The notes under the pieces are model-generated. The model did no database searches. It saw only the letters and a program-made list of their open reading frames with translations, and had not been told where the DNA came from. Positions 28,364 to 39,174 of a stretch of DNA of 64,000 nucleotides are shown in pieces. The position numbers and the translations under genes were made by a program. Origin of the DNA: an uncultured euryarchaeote (GTDB taxonomy: Archaea; Thermoplasmatota; Poseidoniia; Poseidoniales; Poseidoniaceae); the NCBI GenBank assembly GCA_937899865.1, contig CALBRH010000054.1:23603-87602 (forward strand), written 5' to 3'. Each line of letters opens with the position of its first letter. Positions within the stretch are counted from its first letter, which is position 1.

Positions 28364-29935
28364 TCACTCCTCTGGGATGTAGTACAATTCTACACTACCT
28401 GTTCCAAGGGAAATTGGTTGACCTACAATGATGTTTTCTGCAACACCAGTAAGTTGGTCTCTCTCACCGATAATACCTGCTTTTAGCAAGTGGTTAACTG
28501 TAACTTCGAATGCAGCTCGTGCAAGGATACTGTGCTTTGTACCTGAAACACCGTGTCGCCCTATCGCTCTTACTTCACCTTCTGAAGTCATTACATCGGC
28601 AACTAATAACAAGTGTCTAACATCGACTTCAAGTCTCGCTCCATCTAGAGTTGCTTGTAATTCGTTAATGATTGCTTGTCTAGCAGCTTCAATACCTAGA
28701 TATTCGTAAATCTCAATAATGTTGTTAGTATATGTTCTACTTCGATCAATTGTTTCAATTTCACTTACTCTAGAAAGATTTGAACCGATTGTGGATAAAT
28801 AATATTCACCAGTTTTGTCATCAAGTTGTACATTAGCTCTCTCGACATTAGGAATACCCTTTAATCTCAAATCTCTAATCTTCTCTTCAAGTTGTAAAAG
28901 CATAGTGTATGATGGCGGGTTTTCAGCAAGTTCTGCCAAATCTTCCTCTGCATGGACACCTGGAATCAAAGTTAACTTGGAAGGATTCTTTTCCTTGTCA
29001 GCCTGTACATATAATCTAGTTGCTTTTTCCAACTTGTCCTTAACTTCTGCAGGAGTCATATTTTTCTGCTTCAAATTAGTCTTGTTTAATTTTAGAACAA
29101 GTCGTCTTTGTGCAACATCGGTCTCAAGGCTAGCAATGTTTACAGTTGTAGTAACTTCGATTGCTGCAGCCAACTTTTGAGCTTCCTCTGCAGATTCTTT
29201 CTTATCCGGATGTAGTCTAATTGTCATAGTTGGAGTTTGTGGGACTTTTCTAGCGTCAACAATTTCAATAATCCTTGGTAGACCTTGTGTTACGTTAACA
29301 GTTGCAACACCCGCATAGTGGAAAGTACGCATAGTCATCTGGGTTCCTGGCTCACCAATTGATTGAGCAGTAATGATTCCTGCTGCTTCATAAGGGTCGA
29401 TACTTGCTCTCTTTAGAGCAAAAATTGCCTCTTGAACGACTTTCTTTGCTTGTGGCTTAGTTAATTTCTTTTTATCTCTTGCATGAATTGCCATTGTCAA
29501 ATCATGTAAAATACGATTAGTAAATCTCCTTGAACCTGATTCTTCAACCGCAGCAACAATACTCTTGTAAACAGGATCATTAGATAATTCATCCTCAAGT
29601 CCAGTCAATTTTGCATCTACATTGTAAACATCGATGTCTGCTGTAGTTTTTACTCTTGAGCGTGCTCTTGACTTTTTACCAGTTCTACTTAGTCTAACTG
29701 AGGTAACTGGGCCAATTGCTTCATTATTTGCGAGTTTGTTTTTCTGATTTGCTCCATCAATAATACCTTTGATTTGAGTAGCAGTCTCTGAATCGGTTTC
29801 ACAAATTTGAGCAATGTTTTCAGTAGGAAGAATCTTAACATCGTCCCACTTTCTATCATCTGCTAAGATATGAGCAAAGTTTTCTGCGATTCCTAAATCC
29901 ATTAGCTTCTTCTTAGTTGCACTCTTAACTACCAT
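28364..29935 (-). CDS. rpoA2: RNA polymerase subunit A'' (Rpo1C) with N-terminal extension
   Basis: [38 protein letters not shown]-like [18 protein letters not shown]. Confidence 0.97.
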   Translation of the reverse strand: MVVKSATKKKLMDLGIAENFAHILADDRKWDDVKILPTENIAQICETDSETATQIKGIIDGANQKNKLANNEAIGPVTSVRLSRTGKKSRARSRVKTTADIDVYNVDAKLTGLEDELSNDPVYKSIVAAVEESGSRRFTNRILHDLTMAIHARDKKKLTKPQAKKVVQEAIFALKRASIDPYEAAGIITAQSIGEPGTQMTMRTFHYAGVATVNVTQGLPRIIEIVDARKVPQTPTMTIRLHPDKKESAEEAQKLAAAIEVTTTVNIASLETDVAQRRLVLKLNKTNLKQKNMTPAEVKDKLEKATRLYVQADKEKNPSKLTLIPGVHAEEDLAELAENPPSYTMLLQLEEKIRDLRLKGIPNVERANVQLDDKTGEYYLSTIGSNLSRVSEIETIDRSRTYTNNIIEIYEYLGIEAARQAIINELQATLDGARLEVDVRHLLLVADVMTSEGEVRAIGRHGVSGTKHSILARAAFEVTVNHLLKAGIIGERDQLTGVAENIIVGQPISLGTGSVELYYIPEE

Positions 29936-32900
29936 CAGATTTCACCTCCTTGTTCATCAGAACCTTCAAATTCCCAGCCACCCATGTCGTCTTCACTTTC
30001 TTGTCTTTCTCGAGAATCACGTTTGACAACTGTAGCACCTTCAGTACCCAATGCTTCATCAACAATTACATCGATATTGAATGGAGATCCGTGTACACCT
30101 CTGGAAGGGTCGATTCCGTCTTCACCATAACTAAATTGAATAATTCTGTTTGCAGTGTTCCTAACTGAAAGCATTTCATCATCGTATACTTTCAAGTCAT
30201 CCATAGCGTTAATTAGTCTTCTTTGCATATAACCGGACTTAGCAGTACGAACCGCTGTATCTACCAAAGACTCTCTTCCTGAGACTGATAGCATAAAGAA
30301 CTCTGTTGGCTCAAGTCCACGCTTGAATGAGTTAGAGATGAAACCTCTATCTAGAGCGCCACGACCTCCTCGCTTGAAGTGAGCTAATACTCTATCATGG
30401 TAACCTCTTTCCAATCTCTTACCACGAACCTTTGCTTGGCCTATGGAACCAGCCATCATAGTTAGGTTATCCATCGAACCTCTAGCACCAGAAATCGCCA
30501 TGTTAACTGCTGCGTTGGTCGAACCAGACTGATTTAGTTCATCTTTAGCAATGTCACCAGCCTTTTGCTTACCTTCATCAAGCATTACCATGATGTTTTC
30601 TTCCAAAGTCTCACGTGGAGTTCTACCTGGACGGGTCTCGTATCCTTTACCATCCTTGCCAAAGGCTTCCAATTCATCCTCAACTAATTTTCTTGCATCA
30701 GCATTTGCTTTCTCAATTGCAGCTAATGATTCAGGAGATAGGTCCTCATCATCTATACCAGTGGTAAATCCTAATGCAGTACATGCTGCAATAGAGAGTT
30801 GAGTGAAATCATCAAGGAACTTAGCGCCCTTTTCAGGACCATTGGTTTGTACAATTGCGTCAAGTAACCTTCCGTCTTCAGCACCAATTGCTCTCTTGTC
30901 TAAAGTTCCATCAACACTACCGTCCTTGACAACAACATCATCATTTGATCTACTTCTAAATCGAAGATGGATATTATCTGGAATAATTAGAGAAATAATA
31001 TCTTGGCCTCTGAAACTATCTTTGCCATTCTCATCTTTGACAATCTCAGGCAATAAACCAGTCCAACCAATATTTCCAAGCATCTCAAGTCCATGTTCTA
31101 CTGAAATCAATGTTCCAGGCCTAGATAGTAGGTAAGCACCAGAAATGTGGTCATGAATACCACCAATTACCGCACCACCATATCTTGGAGTCAAAATATG
31201 TTCTTGCACTCGCATTAGAATCTTAGCTTCTGCTCTTGCTTCTTCTGACTGAATAACGTGAAGATTCATTTCATCGCCGTCAAAGTCAGCGTTATATGGA
31301 GTACATACTGCTAAATTGAATCTAAAAGTATGTCCTTGCATAACTCTTACTTCGTGAACCATCATGGACATTCTGTGTAATGATGGTTGTCTATTGAAGA
31401 TAGCAACATCACCATCAATTAAGTGCCTCTCAACTAGCATACCAGGCTTAGGATTACCATCTCGGTCGAAAGTTGACAGTCTGTCCTCAACAGAGGTTCT
31501 TTCGCCCCATTCATCAGCAGGACTGCCACAGTGAGGACAAGTAATCTCCAAATGTTCTGGAATTGGATCTGAAGTAACTTTGTCAAGTTGCTCTAACTCC
31601 CACATCCATTTGTAATGCAGAATTGCTCTTGGGTCATCCTTTTCTAATGCATTTCCATTGATATCTTCTCCTCTAAGGTTAGCAACAGTTGAAGCAACAT
31701 CAGCAACATAATTAGTTTCCTCAATACTTGGATCAGCAATAGATCTGCTAATCTCCTTTTTGATTACCAATCCGGGTAAGAAGTTTGGAGCAGGCATTAC
31801 TTTATTCAAGTCTGGTCTTAATGTGGTCTCATCTGTACATTCTGGATTATGACATCTAAAACCAGCATTGATAAATCTGCTTCTTGCATTAATTCGAACT
31901 CTTCTCTTGTCACCACGAATAATGTAGTTTACACCTGGGTGCACATCAGGACCTCTAAGAATCATCTGTCGCATTTGCTCTCGATTCCTCATAGTTACTC
32001 GGATTGGAACTGTTAGTTCTCTAGCAATCTTTTCAGGGACCCCAACTTCATTGACACCAAGATATGGGTCAGGTGAAATTACTGATCTGGCACAGAAGTT
32101 TACACGCTTTCCTGATAGATTACTTCTAAATCTTCCTTCCTTACCTTTCAATCTTTGAGTAAGTGTCTTCAAAGTTCTACCTGAACGGTGTCTTGCTGGT
32201 GGAATACCTGAAGTTTGATTATCAAAGTAAGTTGTTACGTGGTATTGTAGCAATTCCCACAAGTCTTCAACAATAAGTTGAGGTGCACCAGAATCTCTGT
32301 TTTCTCTAAGCCTTTGATTGATACGAAGGACGTCAACTAACTTGTGAGTCAAATCGTCTTCTGAGCGATCACCGCTGTCTAGGGTAATAGATGGTCTAAC
32401 AGTAATTGGTGGAACTGGTAAAACCTTCAAAACAGTCCATTCAGGTCTGTTTTGTGTATGCATACCAATAAAGATTAGATGTTCTAATGGAATACTGCTC
32501 AACCATTCTCTAACATCCCTAGGGTTAAGTTTTCTCTCCGTTTCCTTACCAGCACCTTGAGTCTCTAACTTTTCCTTGAATGTAGTTGGTTTGTCAAGTG
32601 TAATCTTACCTTGAGCCGCTCCACAGTGCATACAGACTTTTCTCTTAGCACCTGAAGTTACCTTCTCAATTTCTTTAATGATTTTTGAGAATTCTGTTGA
32701 ACCTACACCGTGTTTCAAAATAATATCACGTACTCTTGTACGATAGTAATCTTGTTCACTTAATTCAGGATTTGAAGGGTGAGTATTTTTCTCATCGTGC
32801 AACAAAATCTTGCTGCAAGAATTACAAGTTGCCTTTAGTGCGGTCTTGATAAGCCCAACAAAACCAATGTGAATTACTGGAAGTTCAAGTTGAATATGAC

Positions 32901-33135
32901 CAAAATGCCCTGGGCTTTCATCATACTTGCAATTGTCAGTAGGACAAACAAGTCCTGGCTCAATTACACCCATATGAGGGTCCATCAAACCTTGTCTATA
33001 TGCATGACCATCATCCTTGTAAGTATCAGCAGTCTTAACTTCTACAGCTGACATCTTTCTAATTTCATTAGGGTCCATAAGACCAAATCTAATACTAGCG
33101 ATTCGCTTTGGTATAAGGGTTGTAACTCTGCTCAT
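29935..33135 (-). CDS. rpoA1: RNA polymerase subunit A' (Rpo1N) with a large insertion
   Basis: Catalytic [10 protein letters not shown]; GHFGHI; RGNLSGKR-like RSNLSGKRV; [10 protein letters not shown]. Confidence 0.98.
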   Translation of the reverse strand: MSRVTTLIPKRIASIRFGLMDPNEIRKMSAVEVKTADTYKDDGHAYRQGLMDPHMGVIEPGLVCPTDNCKYDESPGHFGHIQLELPVIHIGFVGLIKTALKATCNSCSKILLHDEKNTHPSNPELSEQDYYRTRVRDIILKHGVGSTEFSKIIKEIEKVTSGAKRKVCMHCGAAQGKITLDKPTTFKEKLETQGAGKETERKLNPRDVREWLSSIPLEHLIFIGMHTQNRPEWTVLKVLPVPPITVRPSITLDSGDRSEDDLTHKLVDVLRINQRLRENRDSGAPQLIVEDLWELLQYHVTTYFDNQTSGIPPARHRSGRTLKTLTQRLKGKEGRFRSNLSGKRVNFCARSVISPDPYLGVNEVGVPEKIARELTVPIRVTMRNREQMRQMILRGPDVHPGVNYIIRGDKRRVRINARSRFINAGFRCHNPECTDETTLRPDLNKVMPAPNFLPGLVIKKEISRSIADPSIEETNYVADVASTVANLRGEDINGNALEKDDPRAILHYKWMWELEQLDKVTSDPIPEHLEITCPHCGSPADEWGERTSVEDRLSTFDRDGNPKPGMLVERHLIDGDVAIFNRQPSLHRMSMMVHEVRVMQGHTFRFNLAVCTPYNADFDGDEMNLHVIQSEEARAEAKILMRVQEHILTPRYGGAVIGGIHDHISGAYLLSRPGTLISVEHGLEMLGNIGWTGLLPEIVKDENGKDSFRGQDIISLIIPDNIHLRFRSRSNDDVVVKDGSVDGTLDKRAIGAEDGRLLDAIVQTNGPEKGAKFLDDFTQLSIAACTALGFTTGIDDEDLSPESLAAIEKANADARKLVEDELEAFGKDGKGYETRPGRTPRETLEENIMVMLDEGKQKAGDIAKDELNQSGSTNAAVNMAISGARGSMDNLTMMAGSIGQAKVRGKRLERGYHDRVLAHFKRGGRGALDRGFISNSFKRGLEPTEFFMLSVSGRESLVDTAVRTAKSGYMQRRLINAMDDLKVYDDEMLSVRNTANRIIQFSYGEDGIDPSRGVHGSPFNIDVIVDEALGTEGATVVKRDSRERQESEDDMGGWEFEGSDEQGGEI

Positions 33136-36100
33136 CTTCGATCCTCCAGTTCTAATCTCATGGCCACACCTAAACTCTTCATCTCATCTAACAACAACTT
33201 GAATGCATAAGATGTTTGCACCTTGTAAACTTCAGCGCCATCTCCATGAATCGGACTTACATATGTTCGACGCTTTGGATCATACCAAGCAAGATGCCCA
33301 GATTGGGCACAGACATACATGTCGATACCATCGGATTCATCCAGCAATCTGTCTTTAATGACCATTGATGCACCGTGAGCAATCAAACAGTCACGTTCCA
33401 TCTCACCAAACCTCAGTCCACCTTGTCGGGCACGACCTTCGGTTGGTTGACGTGTCAAAATTTGAACACGTCCTCTTGAACGGGCATGTATCTTTGAACT
33501 TACCAAGTGATGTAATCTTTGGTAGTAAATACATCCAATGAAAATCTCTGCTGGATATGCTTGTCCAGTTTCACCATTAATCATAGTTTCACGTCCAGAG
33601 TGAGCGAATCCATTTCGAATTAGACCATCTCTTAGACTTCCTTCCTTCTCTCCTCTAAATGCAGTACCGTCGATTCTTCTACCTTCGAGTGAACCTACTT
33701 TACCACCAATCATTTCCAAAACGTGAGCAACTGTCATTCGTGATGGAATAGCGTGTGGATTGATGATTAAATCTGGTACAACCCCTTCAGCAGTAAATGG
33801 CATATCCTCAGGGTCTACTAATCTTCCAATTACACCCTTTTGTCCGTGTCGTGAAGCAAACTTATCGCCAACTTCTGGGACCTTATGACTTCTAACCATG
33901 ACTCTAACCATGCGCCCAGAGTCTAGAGATTCAGTGACATATACATTGTCGACCCATCCTTTCTCTCCGTGTCTTACAAGCATTGAGGATTCTCTTCTTT
34001 CTTGAGCCATCAAGAACGCTCCACCAGATGATTCTTCCAAGAATCTAGGTGGACTTGTCTTACCAACTAGAACATCTCCACCTTCAAGTTCTTTCTCAGG
34101 CAGAGGTAATCCATCTGCTTCAAGATGGAGATATGACTCATCGGGCTTCAATCCCTTTACTTCTTGTAGGGAAGAACCTGGCTTCTCGATTTCTTCAACT
34201 TGACCACCTGGGAATCTTCGACGTTCTGCATTGTAAGTCCTCATGAAAGTAGAACGACCAAGTCCAAGATCTATTGAACCTCGATTCATGATTACTGCGT
34301 CTTGCATATTGTATCCATGTAGAGACATAATTGCAACTATGAAATTTTGACCTCCAGGTCTTTCATCAAAGTTTGTGGTTTCCATTGCTCTTGTACGAGT
34401 AATGGATCTTTGAGGATAGTGTAGAATATGAGCTCTTGTGTCTGGTCTTAGACGATAGTTGGATGATGGTAGACCAAGAGATTGCTTAACCATTGCAGTT
34501 CCACCAGTAACACGAGGTGTTGAGTTGTGTTCTGGGTAAGGAATTAGCGAAGCACAGACACCAAGTACTAATTGCGGATCAATTTCACAGTGAGTATGCT
34601 CTGTAGTATATTCCAAAGGTACTGAAATACTTGCAACTTCCCAATCATTGTTTGGCATTCTAATTTTAGCCTTCAGTTTAGCAGTTGTTGCGCCTGGCTC
34701 TCCCAAGTTAGTCCATTCTACACTTTCATTACTAATTGGTCTACCAGCATACTTTCCTTTAGGAATTGTAGCAGGTAAAACGAAAGGTTTTGGAGCGATG
34801 TAAAGGTCTTCTTCTTCTTCAGCATCCACCCACTCAACAATCCCTTCATTTACTAGATCCTTAAAGGTCATCTCCCCAGATGACAGTTTTTGCAAATGTT
34901 CTGATTCAAGTCTAGGTGCACCATCGTATAGAATCAATAATGGACGTAGAATTCGACCTTTATCGGTATTGATGAAAATATCACGATTTTCACTATCGTA
35001 TCGGATAGAAACTTCGGAAGGAATTGCTCCACGTCGTCGAGCAGATTTGAAGTGCCTAACTAGATTTGTTCCACGCTTATGGATACCATAAATATCACCA
35101 TTAACGTGGATTCTGTCACCATCGCTCCAATCCTCCGGCTGATATACATCTAGTTCATCTAATTGGTTTCTAACATCTTGCTCACTGATGTATTCTGAAA
35201 CATCAATCATTTGAGCAGCATTCTTTACTAGACCACAGTTTTGTCCTTCAGGTGTTTCGTTAGGGCATAGTCTCCCCCAATGAGTAGGGTGAAGGTCACG
35301 TGCCTCGAAGTGAGGTTGGCTTCTAACAAGAGGAGAAGTTACTCTTCTCATATGAGACAGCGCTGCTAAATATGTGGTTCTATCTAATAACTGGCTTACG
35401 CCAGAACGACCACCAACCCAATTTCCAGTTGCTAATGCATGCATAATCTTGGAGGTTAGAACATCAGGCCTCAGACAGGAAGTTATTCTCAACTCTCTCT
35501 TTCTATTGTGATGTCTCTCAAGTTGGTACTTTAGATCTCTAGCTAGTTGGTTTGATGAGACTCTAAACAAATCTTCAATCAAATCACCAGCAAGCCTAAC
35601 TCTCTTGTTTGCGTAGTGGTCTTTGTCATTTGGCTGCTTGGAATGCATTGCCATTTCTAGAACTTGCCTAACAATTCTACCAAGGAAAACTGCCTTCTTC
35701 TTTCGATCAGTTCCTTGATCGCCAAGGTGAGGTAATAATTCTCTGTCCAGCAATTGATCGACTCTTGCCTCACGGTAATCTTTTTGTTGACCAGCAGCAA
35801 ATTTCTTTTGCAACCATTCGTGGGCTTCAAGCATATTTTGAACTGCATATTCTTCATTGTCATTTACTTCGTTGATGTTTGCAACGATATACTTGAAAGT
35901 CTCTGTTGGACCTGCAATAGCAGTAAAGATTTCTTGGTCATTATCAATGCCAAGAGCACGCATTAGAAGAACTACTGGAATTGGAGTTGTTCCTGCAGTA
36001 CTAATCTTAACCATCAACATTCCATCTCTTCTCTTCTCAACAGTTAGAGGTTTTCTCATACCGTCTTTTTGTGAGAAAATCTTTGCAACCTCTGTTTGCT

Positions 36101-36740
36101 TTGCATATCTGTTGTTAATCTCAACAGTTACTCTGTTCGGAGCTAGATCTTCAGTTGAAATTAGTACTCTTTCTGTACCATTGATGATAAAATAGCCACC
36201 AGGGTCTAGTGGGTCCTCGCCTTTTGTCTTGAGGAGTTGTTTCCACAAATCTGAATCCTCATTGGAGGTCGTAGGATATAATTGTCTATCACCTGCTATG
36301 TGCGCAGGATGTAAGTTGCATCTCTTTGAACGTACCATAATTGGCATGCTTCCGACTTGAACTCCCTCTTCCTTTGGAGATGGTATTCCGTTTCTAACGA
36401 TTTGGAAATCAATAGTTACTGGAGACATATATGTTAATTTTCTCAATCTACATTCCATAGGTGTTGAAGGGTGCTCAGAACCATTTGCTTCTCTAATGGT
36501 TGGCTCTCCAAGTTGAATATTCTTTAGTCGAATAACAATATCTTGGTCAACAACGTCGAGTTTGATGAAACCACCTTCATCGTCCTCTACTTCTCCATCT
36601 ATTCCTACACGAATGTTACGAATTATCTTCTCCATACGAGACAACATATTGTCTCCAGCAGGTATACAGTCATCATAAGATGCAATTTGGTGATTTACTA
36701 AACTTCTTTCCTTGAAAAATGATTGAATTATTTCTTGCAT
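33132..36740 (-). CDS. rpoB: RNA polymerase subunit B (unsplit)
   Basis: GGYFIING.ER, CPNETPEG.NCGLVKN, GDKFASRHGQKG, GGLRFGEMERD. Confidence 0.98.
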   Translation of the reverse strand: MQEIIQSFFKERSLVNHQIASYDDCIPAGDNMLSRMEKIIRNIRVGIDGEVEDDEGGFIKLDVVDQDIVIRLKNIQLGEPTIREANGSEHPSTPMECRLRKLTYMSPVTIDFQIVRNGIPSPKEEGVQVGSMPIMVRSKRCNLHPAHIAGDRQLYPTTSNEDSDLWKQLLKTKGEDPLDPGGYFIINGTERVLISTEDLAPNRVTVEINNRYAKQTEVAKIFSQKDGMRKPLTVEKRRDGMLMVKISTAGTTPIPVVLLMRALGIDNDQEIFTAIAGPTETFKYIVANINEVNDNEEYAVQNMLEAHEWLQKKFAAGQQKDYREARVDQLLDRELLPHLGDQGTDRKKKAVFLGRIVRQVLEMAMHSKQPNDKDHYANKRVRLAGDLIEDLFRVSSNQLARDLKYQLERHHNRKRELRITSCLRPDVLTSKIMHALATGNWVGGRSGVSQLLDRTTYLAALSHMRRVTSPLVRSQPHFEARDLHPTHWGRLCPNETPEGQNCGLVKNAAQMIDVSEYISEQDVRNQLDELDVYQPEDWSDGDRIHVNGDIYGIHKRGTNLVRHFKSARRRGAIPSEVSIRYDSENRDIFINTDKGRILRPLLILYDGAPRLESEHLQKLSSGEMTFKDLVNEGIVEWVDAEEEEDLYIAPKPFVLPATIPKGKYAGRPISNESVEWTNLGEPGATTAKLKAKIRMPNNDWEVASISVPLEYTTEHTHCEIDPQLVLGVCASLIPYPEHNSTPRVTGGTAMVKQSLGLPSSNYRLRPDTRAHILHYPQRSITRTRAMETTNFDERPGGQNFIVAIMSLHGYNMQDAVIMNRGSIDLGLGRSTFMRTYNAERRRFPGGQVEEIEKPGSSLQEVKGLKPDESYLHLEADGLPLPEKELEGGDVLVGKTSPPRFLEESSGGAFLMAQERRESSMLVRHGEKGWVDNVYVTESLDSGRMVRVMVRSHKVPEVGDKFASRHGQKGVIGRLVDPEDMPFTAEGVVPDLIINPHAIPSRMTVAHVLEMIGGKVGSLEGRRIDGTAFRGEKEGSLRDGLIRNGFAHSGRETMINGETGQAYPAEIFIGCIYYQRLHHLVSSKIHARSRGRVQILTRQPTEGRARQGGLRFGEMERDCLIAHGASMVIKDRLLDESDGIDMYVCAQSGHLAWYDPKRRTYVSPIHGDGAEVYKVQTSYAFKLLLDEMKSLGVAMRLELEDRR

Positions 36741-36751
36741 TTTGATCCCTC

Positions 36752-37402
36752 TCAGTTACCCTCTACTATTAGCCTGTAAGCAACCGTCTTACCCGCTGAC
36801 GGTGAGCGTCTAACTACCTTGACAACCCTGTCAGCAATCCATCCTGCTGCTAGAGGTTTGTGTTCAGGATCTGCTGCCAATTTGGCGTTGTCAATTGCTT
36901 CTGCTTGTTCCTTCAATACTTGAACTACGGGGTCTGTAATCAGTATTTTAGGTAACAATTCTTTAGCAATCCTTTGTTCTCCTGTCTCTTCATCTAACTC
37001 TAGCATTTGCCAGGGTGCCAACTCGGCATTCTCGATTTCAAATTGTTCTTCTTCGCTGATATTTGCATCTCCAACCAATTCCTGATGAGGAACTAATTCA
37101 TGGTTTAATGCATTAAATCTAAGTGTGATTTCAGGTCTGTCAAAGTCATCTATTGCTCTTGACCTAATGGTAATTTTCTTGCTTTTCTTTTGAGCTCTTC
37201 TTCTCGAGCCTTGTTCGGCGATTACCGCCATAACATTAGTGAATGCTTCAGAATCCTTGGATGTACCCAAAATTGAGGCAATTTCATCATGAGATAGAGT
37301 TTTGATATCTGTCATGTTTCTGTCCGTTGCCAATTTATGAGCAAATTCTTCGGACACACCTAATTCCATTAATCGCTTTTTTGTTGCGCTTTTAACTACC
37401 AT
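36752..37402 (-). CDS. rpoH: RNA polymerase subunit H (Rpo5) with N-terminal extension and insertions
   Basis: HELVP.Q, LPKIL.TDPVV, VVRRSPSAGKTVAYRLIV. Confidence 0.92.
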   Translation of the reverse strand: MVVKSATKKRLMELGVSEEFAHKLATDRNMTDIKTLSHDEIASILGTSKDSEAFTNVMAVIAEQGSRRRAQKKSKKITIRSRAIDDFDRPEITLRFNALNHELVPHQELVGDANISEEEQFEIENAELAPWQMLELDEETGEQRIAKELLPKILITDPVVQVLKEQAEAIDNAKLAADPEHKPLAAGWIADRVVKVVRRSPSAGKTVAYRLIVEGN

Positions 37403-37414
37403 TTTAGACCCCTC

Positions 37415-37431
37415 AAAAAACCCGCAACAGG
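37415..37431 (-). terminator. Small hairpin plus U6 tract between tRNA-Lys and rpoH
   Basis: Minus strand reads CCTG-TTG-CGGG-TTTTTT directly before the GAGGGG SD of rpoH. Confidence 0.4.
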
Positions 37432-37452
37432 CTAGACCGGCAGCGAATCAGG

Positions 37453-37526
37453 CGGGCCCGACGGGGTTCGAACCCGCGACCGTCCGGTTAAAAGCCGGAT
37501 GCTCTACCTGACTGAGCTACAGGCCC
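37453..37526 (-). tRNA. tRNA-Lys (anticodon TTT), intronless, CCA not encoded
   Basis: GGGCCTG TA GCTC AGTCAGGTA GAGC A TCCGG CTTTTAA CCGGA CGGTC GCGGG TTCGAAC CCCGT CGGGCCC G folds as a full cloverleaf. Confidence 0.97.
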
Positions 37527-37565
37527 AACGTAGCAACTTGGGCTTAACAGCCGACTTGCCCTGCG

Positions 37566-37577
37566 TTCATATAATTT
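37566..37577 (-). promoter_or_regulatory. Candidate TATA box for the tRNA-Lys/rpo transcript
   Basis: AAATTATATGAA on the minus strand about 40-50 nt upstream of the tRNA 5' end. Confidence 0.45.
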
Positions 37578-37662
37578 ACGGCATGGGGAACCCAGCCTCG
37601 CAATAGCGAAGCGCTTCCAAAATCCGCCTTTTTGAGCGTCCTGAGGATATTAGCCGCTGGGC

Positions 37663-39174
37663 ATGGTAATGAATAAAGGCTTCGCATGGAACAAAACATC
37701 TGTGAGCGGGCCAATTTTTACCGATGATTCTGTTGCCCGGGAACTCGAATTGATAGATAAAGATACCAAATTTTACGAATGGAAATCTCCGACTGGAGAA
37801 CTTCTTTCAGTTGAATTACCGCACACAGTTTATCCGCCTAAAGAAGATACAACTTTTATGGCTGAAAATTTAGTAAGACTAGGACCTGGAAAAGGTCGCA
37901 AATGCCTAGAGATCGGAGTTGGCAGCGGAGTATTATCGCTACTTTGTCACCGCCAGGGATGGAAAGTTTCTGCATGTGATATCAATCCTTATTCAGTAGT
38001 TGCTGCTAAACGACTCTTTTCTCTAAATTCAGCTTCAGATATCGAAGTCAAAGAAGGCGGCCCGGGCCCGAAAGAAGATGGTGAATCAATACAATGGGCG
38101 ACGAAGAAAAATTTTGAACTAATTTTCTGGAATATGCCTTACATTACTCCAACATTAAATGATGAAAGTCATTTAGGCCCTTTGGAAGATGCTGCTTTGA
38201 TAGATACCTCAACTACCAGTTTAATTTCCATCACTCTTGCTAAAATAAAATTATCAAATCTACTTGCTAACTCTGGCATCGGTTTGTTTACTGTTGGAGA
38301 AAAGTTTACTCAAGATTATCTTGAAGACATTTGTTCAAAAAATGGATTTTCCTGTAGAATTATCAACCAGTTGCATTTTGATGATGGAGAATGTTTGAGA
38401 GTTATTGCTTTTTGGCACCCATATTCGAAAACTCCACCAATTCACAAAGAGGTAGTTGGCTCGACAAACAGTGAATTATTGACAAATGATTGGCCAGTTG
38501 GCAGTTCTTTGTCTACCGATCTTCAAACAAAAGGCCGAGGAAGATACGATAGAAAATGGATTAATTCTTCTGAATTGATGGCTTGTTCTTGGAAAATTGA
38601 AAAGCCAATTGAGATGTCTCCTGCAATATTGCAAATTATCTGCGGACACCTAGTTAAGCAATCACTTCAATCTATTGACGATTTTAGTAATGATTCACAA
38701 TTAATTCTAAAATGGCCAAACGATCTAATTATACTAAAGGGAGAAAAATTTGGCAAGGTTTCAGGAATTCTTGTAGAATCTGTATCGAAGGGCAAAATAA
38801 CACATACTGTTGTAGGGATTGGCATAAACATCTCAAACAATTCTGCCGTACAAAATGAAAATTTCCCAATAGCATATACTAATTGGTTTTCAAGTTCAGC
38901 AACTGCTGAATATTTGCAAAAACAAATCCACTGTAGGATTGCTGGTTTGTTTGAATCGGTTGAAGGAATACCTAATACTAATTTTGATTATGTAAAAAGT
39001 ATGGCACTAACAACCATAAAAGAGGGTTTCATATCTTGCAAGAGTATTTTCTATAGAAATAGTAAAGTGACTTTTGTAAATGTAAATGATGATGGAACTG
39101 TATCACTAAAGCATGAAGACGGCACTCAAATATCTTGTGATGAAGGTGAACATCTAGATTGGTTATTCCTTTGA
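37663..39174 (+). CDS. Fusion: HemK/PrmC-like methyltransferase plus biotin-protein ligase (BirA catalytic domain)
   Basis: N-half VYPPKEDT, LEIGVGSG, CDINP, FWNMPY; C-half STNS, QTKGRGR, LKWPNDL, KVSGILVE, GIGIN. Confidence 0.88.
   Translation: MVMNKGFAWNKTSVSGPIFTDDSVARELELIDKDTKFYEWKSPTGELLSVELPHTVYPPKEDTTFMAENLVRLGPGKGRKCLEIGVGSGVLSLLCHRQGWKVSACDINPYSVVAAKRLFSLNSASDIEVKEGGPGPKEDGESIQWATKKNFELIFWNMPYITPTLNDESHLGPLEDAALIDTSTTSLISITLAKIKLSNLLANSGIGLFTVGEKFTQDYLEDICSKNGFSCRIINQLHFDDGECLRVIAFWHPYSKTPPIHKEVVGSTNSELLTNDWPVGSSLSTDLQTKGRGRYDRKWINSSELMACSWKIEKPIEMSPAILQIICGHLVKQSLQSIDDFSNDSQLILKWPNDLIILKGEKFGKVSGILVESVSKGKITHTVVGIGINISNNSAVQNENFPIAYTNWFSSSATAEYLQKQIHCRIAGLFESVEGIPNTNFDYVKSMALTTIKEGFISCKSIFYRNSKVTFVNVNDDGTVSLKHEDGTQISCDEGEHLDWLFL

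Noticed and set aside
31460-31890. Intein in rpoA1
   Set aside because: No Cys/Ser start with His-Asn end and no LAGLIDADG motifs; it looks like a stable zinc-binding insert.
37453-37526. tRNA-Lys as an integration site for a mobile element
   Set aside because: No integrase and no duplicated tRNA 3' fragment seen in the window; both flanks are housekeeping genes.
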